Origin: a virus | Length of the DNA stretch: 64,000 nt | Virus record (IMG/VR): IMGVR_UViG_3300030106_006795 | Span: 16,746 to 80,745 of that record | Direction: 5' to 3' (one strand) | Shown here: positions 19,147-28,667 of the stretch, piece after piece | Position numbering within the stretch: the stretch's first letter is position 1 | Layout: each line of letters opens with the position of its first letter | The notes under the pieces: model-generated | Database searches by the model: none | Seen by the model: the letters and a program-made list of their open reading frames with translations, nothing else | Told to the model about the DNA's origin: nothing | Translations under genes and position numbers: made by a program

Positions 19147-19416
19147 TTATTTCCCACTAGGAAAATAAAGTTCTCTTTCTAGTTTTCTGAATCTAGCATC
19201 AGAATGCCAGATCTCATCATTCTGAGGCGTATAGACTCCTTTATTTGTTTGAATCGGAACTCCCTTCTCTAGATTCAGCGTAGAAGGCTGATAGATATTT
19301 AAAACTTGCGTCTTCACGGATGAGTTCGTCGCGCAAGAGGTCAGCACGATCAGGATCACCGCCATCGGCGCGAAGATCTTCGATCTCTTGAATAATTCTT
19401 TTCCTAGTTTTTTCAT
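19147..19416 (-). CDS. Lipoprotein, o-spanin-like
   Basis: Basic N-region, hydrophobic stretch and lipobox LTSC; overlaps the upstream ORF in another frame. Confidence 0.6.
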   Translation of the reverse strand: MKKLGKELFKRSKIFAPMAVILIVLTSCATNSSVKTQVLNIYQPSTLNLEKGVPIQTNKGVYTPQNDEIWHSDARFRKLERELYFPSGK

Positions 19417-19507
19417 GATTATGCCTTAATTCTATGTAGAAGAGCTTATTTTTTAAAGATAAATATAGCTCAATTGATTTTAAAACACTTTTAATTAAGG
19501 TAAGCAT
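19241..19507 (-). CDS. i-spanin-like helical protein
   Basis: 88 aa, amphipathic N-terminus then coiled coil; overlaps the lipoprotein gene as in Rz/Rz1 pairs. The TM segment is weak. Confidence 0.45.
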   Translation of the reverse strand: MLTLIKSVLKSIELYLSLKNKLFYIELRHNHEKTRKRIIQEIEDLRADGGDPDRADLLRDELIREDASFKYLSAFYAESREGSSDSNK

Positions 19508-20354
19508 CTATATTTTGGTCTACATATTGTTCTACAGTTTGCCACTTATAATCACCCACAACCTCTAATAATTTTGAATTATCTGCTTTTGTAAATTTTT
19601 GATATTGACCTTTTAATTCTTTTGGCATTGGGATCTCAGTAATAATTGTATGAGATCTAGATTTTATAATATCTGCAATATCTCTAAATGAAGTAGTTTG
19701 TCCTGTCCCAACATTAAATACTCCAGAAGCGTCAGACATTAGCATTCTATAATGCATTTCACATACATCATCTACAGAAACAAAATCTCTTTTATATTTT
19801 TCGCTTTTCTCAAAGATTTTTATTTCACCGTTTTTTTGAGCTTGTTTAATAAATTTTGATACAGGACTAGCTTGCTTTCCTTTTTTGTCTTCACCTAATC
19901 CATAAACATTGAAATATCTAAAACCTTGATATGGATAGCTCTGATTAAGAAGCCAGCAATCAAACATATACTTGCTAAATCCATATGGGTTCAATGGTTT
20001 GCAAAAATTAGATTCATTAAAGTTTCTTGATGCACCGTAAACGGAAGCGCTACTTGCATATTGAAATTTAACTTCTATTTGAGAGCAAGTTTCGTAGAGC
20101 TTTTTTGAGTATTCAAAGTTTTCTTCTACTATCTTTTTTACGTTGGTCTCTGTGGTGCTGGAATTTGCACCAAGGTGAATTACAATATCTTGGTTTAAGA
20201 TGTCTGGTTGTCCAGAATTGCCAAGATTTATGTCAAATCTAGTTACATCATAACCTCTATGTTCTAGGAACGCAGAAAGATTCCCTCCAATGAATCCTCC
20301 TGCACCAGTAATTAATACTCTATTCGCTTTCACTGTCTTCTTCTGGATTTTCAT
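19491..20354 (-). CDS. hldD: ADP-L-glycero-D-manno-heptose-6-epimerase-like SDR
   Basis: ITGAGGFIG, HLGANSSTTE, YASSASVYG, PLNPYGFSK, FRYFNVYG..E..KG.QAS, YQKFTKAD. Confidence 0.85.
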   Translation of the reverse strand: MKIQKKTVKANRVLITGAGGFIGGNLSAFLEHRGYDVTRFDINLGNSGQPDILNQDIVIHLGANSSTTETNVKKIVEENFEYSKKLYETCSQIEVKFQYASSASVYGASRNFNESNFCKPLNPYGFSKYMFDCWLLNQSYPYQGFRYFNVYGLGEDKKGKQASPVSKFIKQAQKNGEIKIFEKSEKYKRDFVSVDDVCEMHYRMLMSDASGVFNVGTGQTTSFRDIADIIKSRSHTIITEIPMPKELKGQYQKFTKADNSKLLEVVGDYKWQTVEQYVDQNIDAYLN

Positions 20355-20799
20355 CAGAAGCCTCTGAGTCTTTAGGCTTTTGAGGATACTCGCCTTGCAG
20401 CAAGCTATCTAGAATATAAGCTTTTATAACTGATTCATCAAAATCAGATTCGCCAATTTCACACAAGATTTTATCAAGATCTTCATCTCCCGTTTCTTTA
20501 TCTAAATCTGCTTTCGCAAAAAAATCAAAGTTATCAGAGACTGTAAATGATTGAATTAATTCAACAACTAATTCATCATTTTGGAAATACTTGTTAAGAG
20601 AGTAAGAGGAATGGCTAAATTTAGCTTCCTCCTCTGGTTCTTCCCCCTCTAAAAGTTCTACATTCCCTTGTTGTTTTTTATATTCTTTTAAAACCCAGAT
20701 TTTCTTGGTGTAATCTGAGGCATTAGGGAATTTCATGTCAGCATCAAAGGAAATACTTTGATACAACTTATGGTCCAAAAACTTTACTGTGTAAGGCAT
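20320..20799 (-). CDS. Hypothetical acidic protein
   Basis: 159-aa ORF; GTGTAA at 20810-20815. Confidence 0.7.
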   Translation of the reverse strand: MPYTVKFLDHKLYQSISFDADMKFPNASDYTKKIWVLKEYKKQQGNVELLEGEEPEEEAKFSHSSYSLNKYFQNDELVVELIQSFTVSDNFDFFAKADLDKETGDEDLDKILCEIGESDFDESVIKAYILDSLLQGEYPQKPKDSEASDENPEEDSESE

Positions 20800-20818
20800 T
20801 TAGAGTGTCTTACACTAA

Positions 20819-21043
20819 TTATGAACTTTTTACCTTTGAATTTTCGGGTTTAGACTCTTCTACTTTAGCGGTCAATTCTTCAAATGCAGAAGATTTTTCT
20901 TCATCTGACATTTTTTCAACATTTGCCTCTACCTCTTGAATAGCAAGATTGTGCATAATATTGATCGCTTCTGCCAAAGTAACCCGAGACACCATTTCAG
21001 AAGTAAGCATAGCCTTAAGGCTTTTAATATCCTCTTCTGTCAT
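20819..21043 (-). CDS. Hypothetical protein
   Basis: 74-aa helical ORF at the end of the replication operon. Confidence 0.65.
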   Translation of the reverse strand: MTEEDIKSLKAMLTSEMVSRVTLAEAINIMHNLAIQEVEANVEKMSDEEKSSAFEELTAKVEESKPENSKVKSS

Positions 21044-21045
21044 GA

Positions 21046-21258
21046 CTAATCCCTTTCTTTACTTGCATAAATCCTAATATCAGGCTGATTTGAACCCTTC
21101 TCTTTAAAAGAGTTTGGAAAACAGACAATTTTTACATCATTACCTTCTGAATCCTTAATGGACCCACTGTAGTAAGATTGTTTTTGCCCGTCAACTCTCC
21201 AAAGCGCACCTAATTCACGCTTCTTCCATTCATCGTTTTGTTTAGTGTTTTCACTCAT
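21046..21258 (-). CDS. Small DUF736-like putative nucleic-acid-binding protein
   Basis: ELGALW...YYSG.I...VCFPN..K...QPDIRIY pattern. Confidence 0.55.
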   Translation of the reverse strand: MSENTKQNDEWKKRELGALWRVDGQKQSYYSGSIKDSEGNDVKIVCFPNSFKEKGSNQPDIRIYASKERD

Positions 21259-21260
21259 AA

Positions 21261-21425
21261 TTATTTATTATTAAATCTACCTTCGACGCTTTTCCAAAAT
21301 TCTTCTGCGCCCATAGCAAGATATCTGCCCTTCAGGTGTTTGTAAAGTTTTTTTTGGATATGATTAGCATTTTTTTTATCGTAGCCAATAAGTTGACGAA
21401 TTTTAGTAGCAACTGATCCACTCAT
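21261..21425 (-). CDS. Hypothetical 54-aa basic protein (not in the ORF track)
   Basis: MSGSVATKIRQLIGYDKKNANHIQKKLYKHLKGRYLAMGAEEFWKSVEGRFNNK; ATGA overlap with the Clp gene, and it fills the gap exactly. Confidence 0.7.
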   Translation of the reverse strand: MSGSVATKIRQLIGYDKKNANHIQKKLYKHLKGRYLAMGAEEFWKSVEGRFNNK

Positions 21426-23764
21426 GCTTTATGATCAACCTTACTTGGCTTTTTTTCAATAAAAAGTTTAATATTCTTTTCTCCTTTTAGAACAGAGTCA
21501 GAGACAAACGGAGTTATTTCAGATAGAATCTTCTTGCTCAAAGCTTCTATCTTTACATTTTCATTGATAATACTTTTAATAGTTTGTTTTATGTATTTAA
21601 AATCGAAACTTAAATTAATATCATTGTCTTTAAGTCTATTTTTTAATCTTTTTAATTTCATCCATAAAAGTCTCCTCAACCCCTTCTCATCAATTTGTTT
21701 AAGAGGGAAACACTCATCTACAAGAGATAGTATGTCTGGATGTATCATCAAGTTGTCTTTATCTGAGGCAACACCTTGGAACCCCATTGATAACTGACTG
21801 TTAGAGATATCGCTTGTTAAGAATATTTTACAGTTCGTAAAATCAGCCATGTCTCCATTGCTCATCTGAAATTTACCATGTTTAAATATTTGGTTAAATA
21901 AAGGTATCGCGGAGTTATCGACCTTATGAAAATCATCTATAATGATTACGCTATTTGGAGATATTAAAACCTTTTCACATATAGATGTATTGTTTCCTTG
22001 GGATGTAGCAATCTTATGTGGTGCAAAGGTGTCTGCAAAATGGACTCCGCTGTAAGATAGAACATTTACTCCATGTTTTTGTAGAGTATCTTTAAACAAG
22101 TCCATAAAATAAGATTTACCACTGAATCTTGAACCGCTAACGACATAGCATTCTGGGGCAGAAAAATTATCTGTCTTTTTTATACCCAAACCAGAAAGAA
22201 TAATTTTATCTTTTAGTTTTTGAAGTAGTTCATCTTGACCTACAAGAGATTTGCTAACGCAAGAAAAAACTTTTTCTACTATTTTTTGATTATTAAGAGG
22301 ATTTGTTTTCTTTTTAAAGAAATCTTTTAGGTGACAGAGTTTTACCTCTGGTATCATATCTGACACTCCTTCGGTCCATTTTTCTAAACTTTCATTTAGT
22401 TTTTCTAAAAGTTTTGTGTGGTCTTTTTCTGGGTCTAAAGCAGCAGCCATAGTTTGTTCCTGCTGGCTTTTGATTGATGGTGTCACATGCCAAAAATTTA
22501 CTTTTGCTTGCGCTCCACAATGATCAATAATGTCTATTGCTTTATCTGGATAAAACTTATTTGGTATATATTTTTCACAGTAACCAATTATGTTGTCTAG
22601 GAATTCATCACTATATGTAATGGTGTGAAAATTTTCATAATAAGAAACTATCGTAGGTAAAATTTCTTCCATTTGAAACCTAGATGGCTCTCTGATTATT
22701 ACCCGTTCAAACCTACGGTCTAGCGCTGTATCTTTTTTGATTGTATTTGTATATTCATTGATGGTGGTAGCCCCAATGCAGCTTATTGTCCCTCTGGCTA
22801 GCTCTGGCTTTAATATATTAGAGGCTTCTAAAGAGTTGTTATTGGCTCCTCCTGCTCCAATCAATGTATGGACCTCATCTATAAACAAAATTAGGTTGCT
22901 ATATTTTTTAGCTTCATTTACAAAATCTTCTAGTCTCTTCTCAAACTGACCTCTGTATTCCGTGCCAGCAACCATGCTGGATAAACTAACAGAATATATC
23001 ACTTTGTTAGCAATAAGTTCGGGTGCATCTCCCGCTACAATTTTACAAGCTAACCCTTCTACTAGAGATGTTTTTCCTGTTCCTGCTGGACCAACTAAAA
23101 GAGCATTTGGTTTCTTTTTTCTACAGAGAATTGTTGCCACTTCATCAATCTTGCCGTCAAAATCTACAATTTTATCAAACTCTTTATTTAGTGCTTTTAG
23201 ATTTAAATTTTCTGCAAACTGACACAAAATTTCGTTCTTATCAAACATGTCAATCCAATCCTCTGGAGTTTCCACGTTCATAATGGAAGAGGCGGTAACT
23301 GGATCAAAATCTTTTACAACTAAAGAACACTCAGTAATAAAACCCAAAAACACTTCATCTGAATCTTCATCACCTTTTGGAAAAAGATTTTTTATAACCT
23401 TTGGATAATGGCAGTCATCAAAGAAAACCATAAGGATTACTTCAGGGGCTATGTAATCTAACTTAAAGTTTTCTTTACAGATTGTTTCTACTTCTTTTAA
23501 AAGTTTTCTTGTGTCCGTTTTTAAAGTCTTTTTAGAGTGTTTATTCTTGCGCTTTTTGCTCAAGACGCTTCTAGACTCCTTTAACAAGTCTTTAGGATCT
23601 ATATTTACTTTTTTAAAGATAGAAGCACATGATTGACTTAAATCACTCAAAAAACAATGGAAGAGCAAGTCAACATCTGCTCCGTTTCTGTGTAAAATAC
23701 CTGCAAGTTCTTTTGTCTTCTCAAGAACTCCTTGTATATGTGGGGTAAGGGGTAAATTAAGCAT
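21422..23764 (-). CDS. ClpA/ClpC-like AAA+ unfoldase
   Basis: Clp N-domain; D1 GPAGTGKT, AGTEYRGQFE, FIDEVH, GATT, ALDRRF, PDKAID; degenerate D2; MGF loop. Confidence 0.9.
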   Translation of the reverse strand: MLNLPLTPHIQGVLEKTKELAGILHRNGADVDLLFHCFLSDLSQSCASIFKKVNIDPKDLLKESRSVLSKKRKNKHSKKTLKTDTRKLLKEVETICKENFKLDYIAPEVILMVFFDDCHYPKVIKNLFPKGDEDSDEVFLGFITECSLVVKDFDPVTASSIMNVETPEDWIDMFDKNEILCQFAENLNLKALNKEFDKIVDFDGKIDEVATILCRKKKPNALLVGPAGTGKTSLVEGLACKIVAGDAPELIANKVIYSVSLSSMVAGTEYRGQFEKRLEDFVNEAKKYSNLILFIDEVHTLIGAGGANNNSLEASNILKPELARGTISCIGATTINEYTNTIKKDTALDRRFERVIIREPSRFQMEEILPTIVSYYENFHTITYSDEFLDNIIGYCEKYIPNKFYPDKAIDIIDHCGAQAKVNFWHVTPSIKSQQEQTMAAALDPEKDHTKLLEKLNESLEKWTEGVSDMIPEVKLCHLKDFFKKKTNPLNNQKIVEKVFSCVSKSLVGQDELLQKLKDKIILSGLGIKKTDNFSAPECYVVSGSRFSGKSYFMDLFKDTLQKHGVNVLSYSGVHFADTFAPHKIATSQGNNTSICEKVLISPNSVIIIDDFHKVDNSAIPLFNQIFKHGKFQMSNGDMADFTNCKIFLTSDISNSQLSMGFQGVASDKDNLMIHPDILSLVDECFPLKQIDEKGLRRLLWMKLKRLKNRLKDNDINLSFDFKYIKQTIKSIINENVKIEALSKKILSEITPFVSDSVLKGEKNIKLFIEKKPSKVDHKA

Positions 23765-26318
23765 TTTTAGCTTCTCTTAACTTCATGTAAATATTTGTCT
23801 CAACTGAGTTGATATTATCTACAAAAAATGTGTCTCTGCTTTTTGACCCATTGAGAACAATAACTTTGTTTTTAGCTAACTTATATCCACTTCTTAAGAA
23901 GTCGGAAAGCCTCTCTTCTCTTGCGTTATCCATGAATAGAAAGTTTTTTGTGGCTGTATTATCACAGATTGAAATCATCATGTATTTGTTACCATTCTGA
24001 GATGTTCTAGTAAAGAAATCTTTTACCTCACCCACAACTTGGAAGTTTTGTCTATCTACAAGGTCTTCTATTTGTTTTAAATCTATCAGTGATGAATATC
24101 TGTCTTGAAAACATTCTCGCAGATTATGGGAGTAACTATACCCAAGAAGAGAACTTTCGTATCTCCATTTAGCAAACATTTCATGCTTTCTGTTTTGATT
24201 ATAGATTTTTTTATACTGATCAAATTTACTTTTAAATGTTTTAAATCTTTTCTCTGCCATTATTGGTCTATTGTCATCTCCTAGAGTTTGTTTCTCTAGC
24301 ACCTCTGATATTGCATTCAGTATATCATAACCAAACCTATCTCCAATTTTGCAAAAGTTTCTCTTCTCTCTATCAGTAAGAAGATTAAAAGCTTGAGCCT
24401 CAAGGACCATGCGAGTTCTATTAGTTCTCGCATGATCCATTGTCCCAGCTTGAATTAAAGCAGCAAGGATTGATATGTTGATACCGCACTGCTTTGCAGC
24501 CAAGAAAACTTCATATTTATTGTTGAACTCCATGCCTCTGAAATCAATAAGACTTTGTATTGATTTGAGAGAGATGCCCTTAATGCTATTTAATCCATAG
24601 CGAATATTGCCATCTTCAATAGTAAAATCAAAATCAGATTTGTATAAGCAAGGTGGTAGCATTTCCATCCCGAAATCTGGAAGCTCTTCATTTACTCCAG
24701 AGATTGTTTGTAAGGGTTCTGGATCAAACTCGGCACACTCAAGAATAGATAAGAAAAATTCATGAGGATATTTGTGTTTTAGGTAAACTGTTTTGGCGGC
24801 GAGGTCAGCATAAGCGAAACTATGGGATTTGTTGAATGAATAGTGGGAAGCTGCTACTAGAGAGTTCCAATAAAAGTCTGCTATTTCTTCTGTTAAGTTT
24901 CTAGATGCTGCCGCATCATAAATTCTATCTTTCCATTTCGGCATCTCCTCTACTTTTTTCTTGCCAACAATTCTTCTTAAGACTTCTGCATCCTCAAGTG
25001 TTAGTCCGAAAACTTTATGAGCAATTTGCATTAACTGCTCTTGATACAGAATCACGTTTTTAGACCAAGATAAGATAGAGTCTAGCTCTGGATTTAAATC
25101 TAGTTGAGAAGGGAAATCTTTTTGTGTTTTATATACTCCAACAAACTCAAGTGCAGCAGGTCTAGCCAAAGCGACAACATCAGAAAGCTCGTTTATATCT
25201 TTTGGTTTTATCTCCCTGCAAACTTTAAAGTTTGTCTCAGCGGAAATTTGAAACAACCCCATAGGATGCTTAAAATCTTGCAGTATCTCATAGATCATCT
25301 CGTTATTAGCATCTATGTCTTCTATATTGATCCCAACTTTCTCGCAGGTTTTATGAGCGATTGTTAAAGTCCTCAAGCCAAGAATATCAAACTTAACCAT
25401 GAGGTCTGCGACATCGTTCATGTCATAGCCAGTAACCAAGTCTCCGTCTTTTGTTTTTTGTAGAGGAACAATGTTTTCAATGCTCTCTGAACAAATAGCG
25501 ATACCTGATGGATGAACTCCTGTATTCTTTGGTAGGTTCTCTATTTTTAAAGCATTTTTAAAAGTCATCTCATGGTTTTTAACCCACTTTTTAAATTTGT
25601 CAGTCTCGTCTCTAGCTTGTTTTAAGGGGAAAACAACACCGTGTAGCTTTGGTATCATATCAGAGACTTGATTAGCCTCATCCTCTTTAGCCTCGTCAAA
25701 ATATTTTGTAGCTTCTCTTATACAAAGCTTTGAACTAAAAGTATTAAATGTTAATATTTTAGCAGTCCTGCCTTCGTGTTTACGCTCAATGTATTGAATT
25801 ACTTTATATCTTTGATCATAAGATATGTCTGAGTCAACGTCAGGCAAAAGACTTCCTACAAGGAACTCTTTGCCCCTTTTGTCGGTAACTTTTTTGGCCC
25901 GTGATTTAGACACAAATCTCTCGAAGAAAAGATCGTGAGGGATAGGGTCGATATTGGTTACACCAAGGAGAAATAGAACAAGAGAGCCAGCAGCAGAGCC
26001 TCTACCAGCACCAGTAGGTATATTGTTGTCATGACAAAAATTTAAAACATCCCAGTTGAGCAGAATATAATCTGTAAACCCAAGTTCCTCAAATGTCTCA
26101 AGTTCTTGTTTTGCTCTTTCAAAGTAAACTATTTTATTTTCGTATTTTGTGATACCTTTGTCTCTCAAGCCTTTTCTAGCAAGCTCATATAGAATATCTT
26201 TTGTCGAACTATCGGGTCCAAGACCAATTTCTTCTAGTTTAGTCGGGTCAACGATTGTTTTGGGAAGATCTACTCCCGCAGGTTCACAATCGTCGTATGG
26301 TTCAAAGTCTTCAAACAT
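23757..26318 (-). CDS. dnaE: DNA polymerase III alpha catalytic part (no PHP domain)
   Basis: GAGRGSAAGSLV, FERFV, PDVDSD, GVHPSGI, KFDILGL, YQEQLM, YSFNKSHS, C-terminal OB fold. Confidence 0.93.
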   Translation of the reverse strand: MFEDFEPYDDCEPAGVDLPKTIVDPTKLEEIGLGPDSSTKDILYELARKGLRDKGITKYENKIVYFERAKQELETFEELGFTDYILLNWDVLNFCHDNNIPTGAGRGSAAGSLVLFLLGVTNIDPIPHDLFFERFVSKSRAKKVTDKRGKEFLVGSLLPDVDSDISYDQRYKVIQYIERKHEGRTAKILTFNTFSSKLCIREATKYFDEAKEDEANQVSDMIPKLHGVVFPLKQARDETDKFKKWVKNHEMTFKNALKIENLPKNTGVHPSGIAICSESIENIVPLQKTKDGDLVTGYDMNDVADLMVKFDILGLRTLTIAHKTCEKVGINIEDIDANNEMIYEILQDFKHPMGLFQISAETNFKVCREIKPKDINELSDVVALARPAALEFVGVYKTQKDFPSQLDLNPELDSILSWSKNVILYQEQLMQIAHKVFGLTLEDAEVLRRIVGKKKVEEMPKWKDRIYDAAASRNLTEEIADFYWNSLVAASHYSFNKSHSFAYADLAAKTVYLKHKYPHEFFLSILECAEFDPEPLQTISGVNEELPDFGMEMLPPCLYKSDFDFTIEDGNIRYGLNSIKGISLKSIQSLIDFRGMEFNNKYEVFLAAKQCGINISILAALIQAGTMDHARTNRTRMVLEAQAFNLLTDREKRNFCKIGDRFGYDILNAISEVLEKQTLGDDNRPIMAEKRFKTFKSKFDQYKKIYNQNRKHEMFAKWRYESSLLGYSYSHNLRECFQDRYSSLIDLKQIEDLVDRQNFQVVGEVKDFFTRTSQNGNKYMMISICDNTATKNFLFMDNAREERLSDFLRSGYKLAKNKVIVLNGSKSRDTFFVDNINSVETNIYMKLREAKNA

Positions 26319-26932
26319 TACAGATCCATGTGCTTCTTAAGTTTCAAGAAAACTTTATAACACATTTTGATGTCATAAAGAGCATCATGAAGTTTATCCT
26401 CTTCAAAATCTATATCAAAAAACTTTAGTAGTTGGTTTTGTGAAACCTTTGCTTTTAGGGTTCTATCATTTATGATTTTATACTGCCAGCTTAATAAATC
26501 ACCTCTAGGTTTATCTAGCTCTTCCCTGTATGCTTTGGCTAAAGCTCTTGTGTCGTATATTCTTGGTAGATAAGAGTAATCTGGCTCTTGACCAAGCATT
26601 CTTTGTAGATGAGACACCATATATACATCAAAACCAAGAAGGTTTTGCCCTACTACAATGTATTGTGGATCAAATAAATACTTCTCAAACTTTGACCAAA
26701 CAGAAATCAAAGATTCTGCTTTAGAGTTATATTTATCCCAATCAAAGCCTGTTAGTTTTCTAACAACCTCTGGTATATTTAACTCTTTGTGTTTTATAAA
26801 CTTATCGTGTGTTTCTAATACTTTACTGCCTTGACATACTATCCAAGATAGCTGCCAAGTTTTAGAAGAGTGTAAATTTAAACCTTCTGTTTCTGTATCG
26901 AATACTAAATATTTTTGATTACTTGGCAACAT
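26318..26932 (-). CDS. DEDDh 3'-5' exonuclease (DnaQ-like proofreader)
   Basis: FDTETEG, GQNLLGFD, HDALYD. Confidence 0.9.
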   Translation of the reverse strand: MLPSNQKYLVFDTETEGLNLHSSKTWQLSWIVCQGSKVLETHDKFIKHKELNIPEVVRKLTGFDWDKYNSKAESLISVWSKFEKYLFDPQYIVVGQNLLGFDVYMVSHLQRMLGQEPDYSYLPRIYDTRALAKAYREELDKPRGDLLSWQYKIINDRTLKAKVSQNQLLKFFDIDFEEDKLHDALYDIKMCYKVFLKLKKHMDL

Positions 26933-27617
26933 TTTCTAAAAAGGATTCATAGCTAAACTCGTCAGAACAAAAGTCATTGAGTCTTGGGTTAGTATAAGTA
27001 GGAACTCTGCCCTGCTTCCGATTGCAAATGGCTTTATACATTTGGAAGGCTTGAAAGTCTTCTTTGTCTCTGTAGTAAATGCTTTTTGCTTTTTCTGTTT
27101 TTACATTTAGCTTTTTCAAAGCAGCACTAATTTGGAAATCAAAGGGATGGTTGTTTGATTCCTCTATGTAAAAGTGGTCATACTTGTCTAGCCAAAGATC
27201 ACACATGCCAAAATGAAAAATATTGTTGAATACATAAGAGTCATAAAACGGCACTCCAATGCTGATGTCATCAAGCTCTCCCTCGCCCAGATCTGACATG
27301 TTTAAATATTCTCCTACGCTTGTAAAGCATTTAGTATAAAGGTTTCTAGCAACAGCTACGCCTTTGTTATTTTTAGGGAAGAAAATTAATTTACTGGGCT
27401 TTTCAGTAATACTAGAATGAACAACAGGCAACTTAACTCCATAGATCATAGGAACTTCTATGTGAAGAAATGCTTTGTTTATTACCCTGAATCCGTAGAA
27501 ATTATCTTCTACTAAAATCATCTTCTTAACATCGCCGCTCTGTGCAATGTCTACTAAATCCTCAACCCGCAGCAATGATCTTCCGATGCTGAAGGTGCTT
27601 TTAAATAATGGTATCAC
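26919..27617 (-). CDS. Stand-alone PHP domain of Pol III alpha, metal ligands apparently lost
   Basis: IPLFKSTFSIGRSLLRVEDLVD..., EDNFYGF, IYGVKL and FFPKNNKG...NL align by eye with the DnaE N-terminus. Confidence 0.75.
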   Translation of the reverse strand: MIPLFKSTFSIGRSLLRVEDLVDIAQSGDVKKMILVEDNFYGFRVINKAFLHIEVPMIYGVKLPVVHSSITEKPSKLIFFPKNNKGVAVARNLYTKCFTSVGEYLNMSDLGEGELDDISIGVPFYDSYVFNNIFHFGMCDLWLDKYDHFYIEESNNHPFDFQISAALKKLNVKTEKAKSIYYRDKEDFQAFQMYKAICNRKQGRVPTYTNPRLNDFCSDEFSYESFLENVAK

Positions 27618-27626
27618 TCCTGTATT

Positions 27627-28667
27627 TTACAAGAGTTCCATAGGTTTGTCAAAGGAAAAAGCAGGGCATCCTTCATATTTTGCTTTTTCTATTTTTAAAC
27701 CGTCTACAGCTTTTTTCTTTAAATCTTTTTTATGATCAGCAGACCCTACCCGCTCTCCTTTTTCATTTACTAGAACATAATAAGTTCTAGGAAACTTGAA
27801 TGGACAGTGCCACATTGGTGTTCCATCTTTTTTAAGCTGTCCTGCGTAGTCTGCTCTACCACAAACAACCTTGCCAGCAAACCCAGCATCCCTGTCAAGA
27901 TAACCCTTATCAAAGGCTAAATTTTTAGAAGCTGATACCTCATTAAAATTATTAATAATTTGTTGCACCTCTGTTAAAAAATATTCAAACCCCTCAAGTT
28001 CATCGTCTTCTAGGGGGTCCATAGTGCAATTCCCTTCGTTGTTGCAATCAAACTTTAAAAACAGAAACTCCATCTTTCTTTTCAAGAACTCTGGGTATAA
28101 GTGTTTTACAGCCAAACAATACATTAAGTTCTGCATGTTGTCTGTGTAGTCTTTGCCTGAAAATATTTGCTTTGATGTTTTAAAATCTCTTATGATAGCT
28201 TCTTTCTTTCTCTTGAATAAAAACAACTTATCAATAAACCCTAGTATTCTGTAGTTTTTACTTCCTTCTGTAACAGAAATATCGAAATCTTTTTCACTTA
28301 TTGATTCAGTTGGCTTGCCGCTTTTATCACCAAAGAAATCAAAATTTAACCCCTCTACTGTCATTTGATTTATGAGATCCATGTTCTCAAAATCATCTAT
28401 ACCGTGTTTTTTAGCATAATCCTCTATCATCCTTTTTACAGGAGCAGAAGCATAAGCGTTTTGTGTTTTTACTATCCTTGTATAATGTTTTCTATGCTTT
28501 GGGTTGCCGAGGTTTTCAAATACAGCATGGCAGATTGTTCCGCGCAAACTGCCCTCATTCGCTTTATCAGGCAGCTTTAAGTGATATTTGCACCAGTATT
28601 GCCAAGAGCATGTTTGAAGCGTCTTTATGCGTGATGCAGATAGAGGCTTGTTCTCAGAATTCGTCAT
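27627..28667 (-). CDS. PD-(D/E)xK RecB/Cas4-like exonuclease
   Basis: LSASRIKT..C, GTICH, GFIDKL...IRDFKTSK, Q..MY, C-terminal cysteines. Confidence 0.85.
   Translation of the reverse strand: MTNSENKPLSASRIKTLQTCSWQYWCKYHLKLPDKANEGSLRGTICHAVFENLGNPKHRKHYTRIVKTQNAYASAPVKRMIEDYAKKHGIDDFENMDLINQMTVEGLNFDFFGDKSGKPTESISEKDFDISVTEGSKNYRILGFIDKLFLFKRKKEAIIRDFKTSKQIFSGKDYTDNMQNLMYCLAVKHLYPEFLKRKMEFLFLKFDCNNEGNCTMDPLEDDELEGFEYFLTEVQQIINNFNEVSASKNLAFDKGYLDRDAGFAGKVVCGRADYAGQLKKDGTPMWHCPFKFPRTYYVLVNEKGERVGSADHKKDLKKKAVDGLKIEKAKYEGCPAFSFDKPMELL

Noticed and set aside
23757-27617. Split intein or programmed frameshift joining the polymerase pieces
   Set aside because: No intein terminal motifs or evident slippery site; each ORF has its own coupled start.
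27627-28667. CRISPR-Cas system suggested by the Cas4-like nuclease
   Set aside because: No repeat-spacer array or other cas genes seen; the context is replication/recombination.
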